NCBI GenBank assembly: GCA_963790205.1
Contig: CAWBNQ010000005.1
Span: forward strand, 192,001-256,000
Length of the DNA stretch: 64,000 bases
Source of the DNA: Nitrospirota bacterium
Lineage (GTDB): Bacteria; Nitrospirota; UBA9217
Reading direction: 5' to 3'
Made by a program: the position numbers and the translations under genes. Shown here in pieces: positions 59,986-64,000 of this stretch; position 1 is the stretch's first letter, and each line of letters begins with the position of its first letter. Under the pieces are notes generated by a model. It did not search any database. It had not been told where the DNA came from and worked only from the letters and a program-made list of their open reading frames with translations.

Positions 59986-61179
59986 TCATATTCGCGGCGG
60001 TCCTTTGCAGCGCGCGGGCTGCATGATCTCGATTGTGCGCATTCTGCGTTCGCCGCAGGCAGGGCATTTGGCCACGTCAATGCCGGCGATCCTGAGCAAA
60101 GCTTCCTGCCACGTCTCAGTCTTCTGCTCCGCCTCGTTCTGATCAACGCAGGCCAGAAGCTCTCTGCATTGGTCGAGTTTCTTTCTGCGGCATCTGTTTC
60201 CCAACAGACCGTAATGCCTGATTTTGACAAACCGGTCGGGCAGGACATGAAGCAGGAACCGCCGGATGAACTCATCGGCGTCCACGGTCATGATCTTGCT
60301 TTTGTTGCTGTCCGCGTAGTCGCGCCACCGGAAGGAGATCTTGTCGTCCATCATCTTCACGAGCCGGTGATTGCTGATCGCGATACGGTGGGTGTATCTG
60401 CCGAGATACTCAAGAACGCCTTTTGTTCCGTCGAACGGCGGCTTACAATAGACGACCCACTGCTTCTTGTACAAATCGGCGATGAAGGCCTTGAAAACTC
60501 CCGGCGACGCAAGATGGCTTACGACGCCGGGGTAGACAAGTTTGTTCTCGGCACGGAGTTTTTTCAGATAAGCGAGAAACTTCCCCCGAAAGAGTTTCGA
60601 CATGACCTTGACGGGAAGGAAAAAGCCATTCTTGCATGATTTCCATTTCCGTCCGCCCTTGGACAATCCGCCGCCGGTGACGATGTTGTGGAGATGCGGA
60701 TGATCCATAAGGTTCTGTCCCCAGGTGTGCAGGATCGAGATAAAACCGATTTCCGCGCCCAAGTGTTTCTGCGTATTCGAGAGTTCCGTCAGGGTTTCCG
60801 AAACGGCCTTGAACAGGATCCCGTAGAGGGCCTCCTGGTTCCGGAGCACAAGGGGATTGAGTTTATCGGGGATGGTAAAAACGACATGGAAGTAAGGAAT
60901 GGGAAGCAGGTCTTCTTCCCGGGCCTCGATCCACTGCTCTTTTTTAAGGAACTGGCACTTGGGGCAATGCCGGTTTCTGCAGGAGTTGTACGAGATCACT
61001 TTTGTCCCGCAGTGCTCGCATTCGTCCACGTGACCGCCTTGGTCGGCGGTGCGGCAGGTCTCGATCGCCCGCATGGCGCGAAGACGATTCAAGGGCATGG
61101 GATGAGCGTTCCGGTAAAGAGGACCGTACCGGCGAAAGATGTCCGCGACTTCGATCTGTAGGCTATCTCGCGTGTACAC
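59986..61179 (-). CDS. IS91-family rolling-circle (HUH, Y2) transposase
   Basis: SCRNRHCPKCQ, HVVFT, HTWG...HPHLH, YLGRYTHR, KIRHYG. Confidence 0.95.
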   Translation of the reverse strand: MYTRDSLQIEVADIFRRYGPLYRNAHPMPLNRLRAMRAIETCRTADQGGHVDECEHCGTKVISYNSCRNRHCPKCQFLKKEQWIEAREEDLLPIPYFHVVFTIPDKLNPLVLRNQEALYGILFKAVSETLTELSNTQKHLGAEIGFISILHTWGQNLMDHPHLHNIVTGGGLSKGGRKWKSCKNGFFLPVKVMSKLFRGKFLAYLKKLRAENKLVYPGVVSHLASPGVFKAFIADLYKKQWVVYCKPPFDGTKGVLEYLGRYTHRIAISNHRLVKMMDDKISFRWRDYADSNKSKIMTVDADEFIRRFLLHVLPDRFVKIRHYGLLGNRCRRKKLDQCRELLACVDQNEAEQKTETWQEALLRIAGIDVAKCPACGERRMRTIEIMQPARCKGPPRI

Positions 61180-61200
61180 CGCGGGTGTCGCGTGTGCAGG

Positions 61201-62058
61201 CTACGAGGTTTGTGGAGGATTTAAGAAGGGGCCTAAGTCCAGAGGGCTCACGATCTTTGAGAGGTTCTTTTTGCTCACGTGGAGATAAATAGTGGTCGTT
61301 CTCACCGACGCATGGCCGAGCAGAAGCTGAATATAGTGCAGATCAGCTCCCGACTCCAGCAGGTGTGTGGCGAAGCTATGCCGAAGCGTGTGACAACTTG
61401 CCGGCTTCGTGATGCCGGCTTTTTTCTTCGCGCGTTTGAACGCCTCTTGGACGGTGCTAATGGAAATGTAGTTTTCAGGCTTTTCTCCCGGAAAGAGCCA
61501 ATGCGTCGGTCTATATTCTTTCCAGTATTCCCGAAGCGCTTCCAGCGCTACCTGGGATAAAAGGGTATACCGGTCTTTTTTGCCTTTGCCCTGGTCCACG
61601 CGTATCAGCATACGGCTGCTGTCGATGTCCGTGATCTTGAGCCGGGCGGTCTCGCTCGCCCGGAGCCCTGCCGAGTAGGTCACCATCAGCATCACGCGCT
61701 GCTTCAGGCTGGGAGTGGCTTCGAACATGGCCTGTACCTCCTCCCGTTCGAGAACGATAGGAAGTGTCTTGGTCGTCTTCGGATAGGGAATCTTGTCCAT
61801 CACCCAACCTTTGCCCAGCGTCGTTTCATAGAGGAACCGCAGCGCGCTGTAAGTTATCTTCAGGGTGGATAGCGATACCTTCTTATCCCGGACGAGGTAA
61901 AGCAGATACGCTTTGACATCGCCGTCTTCCAAAAGGTCGGGCGGTTTTTTAAAATGGCGTTCCATATCGCGCGCCGCCCGGTGATACAATGATTGCGTCT
62001 TCGGGGCTAATCCTCGAAGCACCATGTCGCCCTGCATCTGTTCTTTGAACGTTTCCAT
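61201..62058 (-). CDS. Tyrosine recombinase with an N-terminal SAM-like domain
   Basis: GLRASE, GKGKKDR, HTLRHSFATH, LLGH, TT.Y. Confidence 0.95.
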   Translation of the reverse strand: METFKEQMQGDMVLRGLAPKTQSLYHRAARDMERHFKKPPDLLEDGDVKAYLLYLVRDKKVSLSTLKITYSALRFLYETTLGKGWVMDKIPYPKTTKTLPIVLEREEVQAMFEATPSLKQRVMLMVTYSAGLRASETARLKITDIDSSRMLIRVDQGKGKKDRYTLLSQVALEALREYWKEYRPTHWLFPGEKPENYISISTVQEAFKRAKKKAGITKPASCHTLRHSFATHLLESGADLHYIQLLLGHASVRTTTIYLHVSKKNLSKIVSPLDLGPFLNPPQTS

Positions 62059-62468
62059 TGCATAATCTCCTTCCGTTGAATCGAAATTCCAACGGCATGA
62101 CGCCGATGGTGATGCGAAAGAAGATTGTAGAACGGTCAGGATTATGAAGCAAGGAGCGAGACGAAGAAAATCTATCGAGATATGCGGGGATGAATTGTAG
62201 AGAGACTTATTGGAATGCGAATAACACCGCCGCGCAGCGGCTTAGTTCAATAAGTGTTTATCTTGCCGTCTCCGGCTAGGAAAGACCGATTTTTCGGTAT
62301 TTACCAGTTTGCGATGATTGTGCCTAGTTTTAATTTAAATAACTATATTCCTGATCGACAGTATTGTCAATCGCCGGGTAGAGGTATCAACAGTTATTTA
62401 ATTCCAGATGAAGGTGTGCTTGTTGCGAAGCACGACAACTCGAATACTACAGGAAGAAGTTGCTGCTA

Positions 62469-62888
62469 TTACAAATCTTCAATCCACAGTAATGATTTGC
62501 CAAGTGGCGTACTCTTTAGCGCGGCATAGAACTTTTTGTCTGCAGTGACAAGACGGCATTCTTGAGTCTGTGCTACAGAGAGGTATAGACTATCATAGAA
62601 AGATCGTTGATAGCGTTTTGCTATTGTCCAAGTAACATCGAGAATCATTTCGGAAGAATAAATAACAAGAGGTATACGTCTAAAATCCAAAAGAATTTTT
62701 GTAGCAGAATCTGCGTCGATTTCCTCAGCCCTCCATTTTTTCCACAGAACATTTCCGAATTCCGCGAAAATGAGATCCGGGGCTAAGAGCTCAAATTCCT
62801 TATTGAGTAAGCGCAGCGCTTCGCGCGAATGAATCTCCGGCAGAAACCATTTGACGGATACGCTTGCATCAACAACATATTGCTTCAA
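62469..62888 (-). CDS. vapC: VapC PIN toxin
   Basis: YVVDASV..KW, APD...E..N, YD.LY, LVTAD. Confidence 0.92.
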   Translation of the reverse strand: MKQYVVDASVSVKWFLPEIHSREALRLLNKEFELLAPDLIFAEFGNVLWKKWRAEEIDADSATKILLDFRRIPLVIYSSEMILDVTWTIAKRYQRSFYDSLYLSVAQTQECRLVTADKKFYAALKSTPLGKSLLWIEDL

Positions 62889-63115
62889 CGGTCTCGGTCC
62901 TCTCTGACCAGGAAGGCGCTATCGCTAAACTTCTTGCCAGCAAGACGTTTCTGCCAGTCCCTGGCTACGTTTGAAGCTTCGGCCATTGATAATTTTGCTG
63001 CGTTTTGCAAAATTATTTTTACCTCTCCCTGCAGTGAACGTTCATGCTGCTTGGCTCTCCTCTTGAGACGCTCGATTGTTTCCTTTTCCAAATCGCGAAC
63101 TAGTAGCTGCGCCAT
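62885..63115 (-). CDS. vapB: FitA-like ribbon-helix-helix antitoxin
   Basis: MAQLLVRDL....ERLK.RA....RSLQ.E; 4-nt overlap with vapC. Confidence 0.88.
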   Translation of the reverse strand: MAQLLVRDLEKETIERLKRRAKQHERSLQGEVKIILQNAAKLSMAEASNVARDWQKRLAGKKFSDSAFLVREDRDR

Positions 63116-63140
63116 AATAATCTCCTTGTCTATATGTCAT

Positions 63141-63169
63141 ATGATAGCATAATGATAGCATAATGTAAA
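63141..63169 (-). promoter_or_regulatory. vapBC promoter with an overlapping operator
   Basis: TTTACA-N17-TATCAT overlapping two TGCTATCA boxes (63142-63149, 63153-63160). Confidence 0.65.
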
Positions 63170-63300
63170 GATATTTTATCCTGAGTCATCACATGAAAAC
63201 TCACAAAACCCTCAGAACAATGCCTCATTAGCGGGGCAAGTAGGAACGACGAGTTAGGTAAATTAAAACTGTTAGAAGAGTGTTAGAAGCATTACGATAG

Positions 63301-63328
63301 GCCCTGGGACAGCCCAGGGCTTTCTTTA
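63301..63328 (+). terminator. Intrinsic terminator-like hairpin
   Basis: GCCCTGGG-ACAG-CCCAGGGC-TTTCTTT. Confidence 0.5.
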
Positions 63329-63392
63329 GTTATATTATACGACAACACGTTTGGTCAAAAAACTCATCCGGTCACGGACAAAGAATGCGGTT

Positions 63393-63647
63393 TTACCTTT
63401 TTTTGATTTGAGCATTTACCTTGTCGTATGACAGGAGCAGATGTTCAAAGGTTGTTCGAAGCGGCTTCTCCAGCCCGGATATCGCCAGTTCAAACTGCGT
63501 GGCGAGATCGTAGAAATCAGGGGCAAAGAACCGGGCATCCTCCGCGTTGGAAAAGACGCGAGCGATTGACTCGCCATTGCCGTCCTCGTCCGCCGTTATG
63601 TCCCGATAGTCCAGGTCGGTGGGATGCGCATGCCACTTAGTGTTCAC
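63393..63647 (-). CDS. Hypothetical protein
   Basis: 84-aa ORF with GAGG RBS; no family recognised. Confidence 0.5.
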   Translation of the reverse strand: MNTKWHAHPTDLDYRDITADEDGNGESIARVFSNAEDARFFAPDFYDLATQFELAISGLEKPLRTTFEHLLLSYDKVNAQIKKR

Positions 63648-63683
63648 AATTGTTCCCTCGCTTTCCCTTTCGCTTTTTCTATC

Positions 63684-63917
63684 TCAGAAAAGCTGCTTGC
63701 TGCATTCTACTGCGACCGCCGTCCCGCCCACGTTGATACCGTTCGGAAGCGGGCATGTGTCCACTTCCGCCCATTCGCCGCAATAGATGCAAATTGAAAG
63801 TGCGACTGCACGTGTCCTGGTCGGGAAAACAAGATTCGGTTTCCATGGTCCTAATATGTGACCGCGAAATTCAGCGCTTCTTTCTGCTTTTTCTTTAAGC
63901 ATTTCCAGTTTTCCCAT
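63684..63917 (-). CDS. Hypothetical protein with CxxC
   Basis: 77 aa, GGAGG RBS, GH...W...CIYCG...C. Confidence 0.55.
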   Translation of the reverse strand: MGKLEMLKEKAERSAEFRGHILGPWKPNLVFPTRTRAVALSICIYCGEWAEVDTCPLPNGINVGGTAVAVECSKQLF

Positions 63918-64000
63918 ATTCGCCTCCGATTGTTTCTCATAATCTGCGTAGAGCCGGGCAGGAGATTCAGTGATTTTTCCAGAACGAATCCCCTGCCCTC

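Larger units (their letters stand above)
59721..62251 (-). mobile_element. IS91-family element with an upstream tyrosine recombinase
   Basis: int + Y2 transposase bounded by an 18/21 inverted repeat (GTTGGACTAAGCCGTTGCGCG / CGCGCAGCGGCTTAGTTCAAT). Confidence 0.8.

Noticed and set aside
61201..62058. Integron integrase intI
   Set aside because: 285 aa, no evident IntI-specific insertion, and co-oriented with an IS91 transposase

Overview
Bacterial genomic window; gene content and style suggest an anaerobic Nitrospirota/Desulfobacterota-like organism (inference). Positions 1-38 kb are mostly GC-rich housekeeping and accessory genes. They include a nitrogen-oxide/redox cluster (protoglobin-PsiE, CBS, HPP, octaheme HAO-family cytochrome, norCB, rubredoxin), two adjacent UGA-containing selenoprotein genes with matching SECIS-like hairpins, a YbhGFSR-type ABC efflux operon, a molybdoenzyme cluster (sorAB, iorAB, xdhC, mocA) and rtcB/archease. 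A small AT-rich island at about 23.4-25.8 kb carries an IS91-end remnant, attC-like hairpins and a PD-Lambda-1/SNIPE-like DUF4041 nuclease, and truncates a MoCo gene. Positions 38.8-64 kb are an accessory island. It holds a regular array of paired 22-bp repeats and a ~16-kb DISARM-like defence operon (helicase-DUF1998-nuclease, SNF2 helicase, N6-MTase) coupled to a Lamassu/ABC-3C-like SMC ATPase, a ParB-like protein and a PIN protein. It also holds a four-gene IS481-like transposon, a tyrosine-recombinase + IS91 module with cassette-like sites, and a vapBC pair. Four genes show single extra-base frameshifts, which may be sequencing errors. No rRNA, tRNA or CRISPR array was recognised. All calls come from reading the sequence and motifs; no database search was run.
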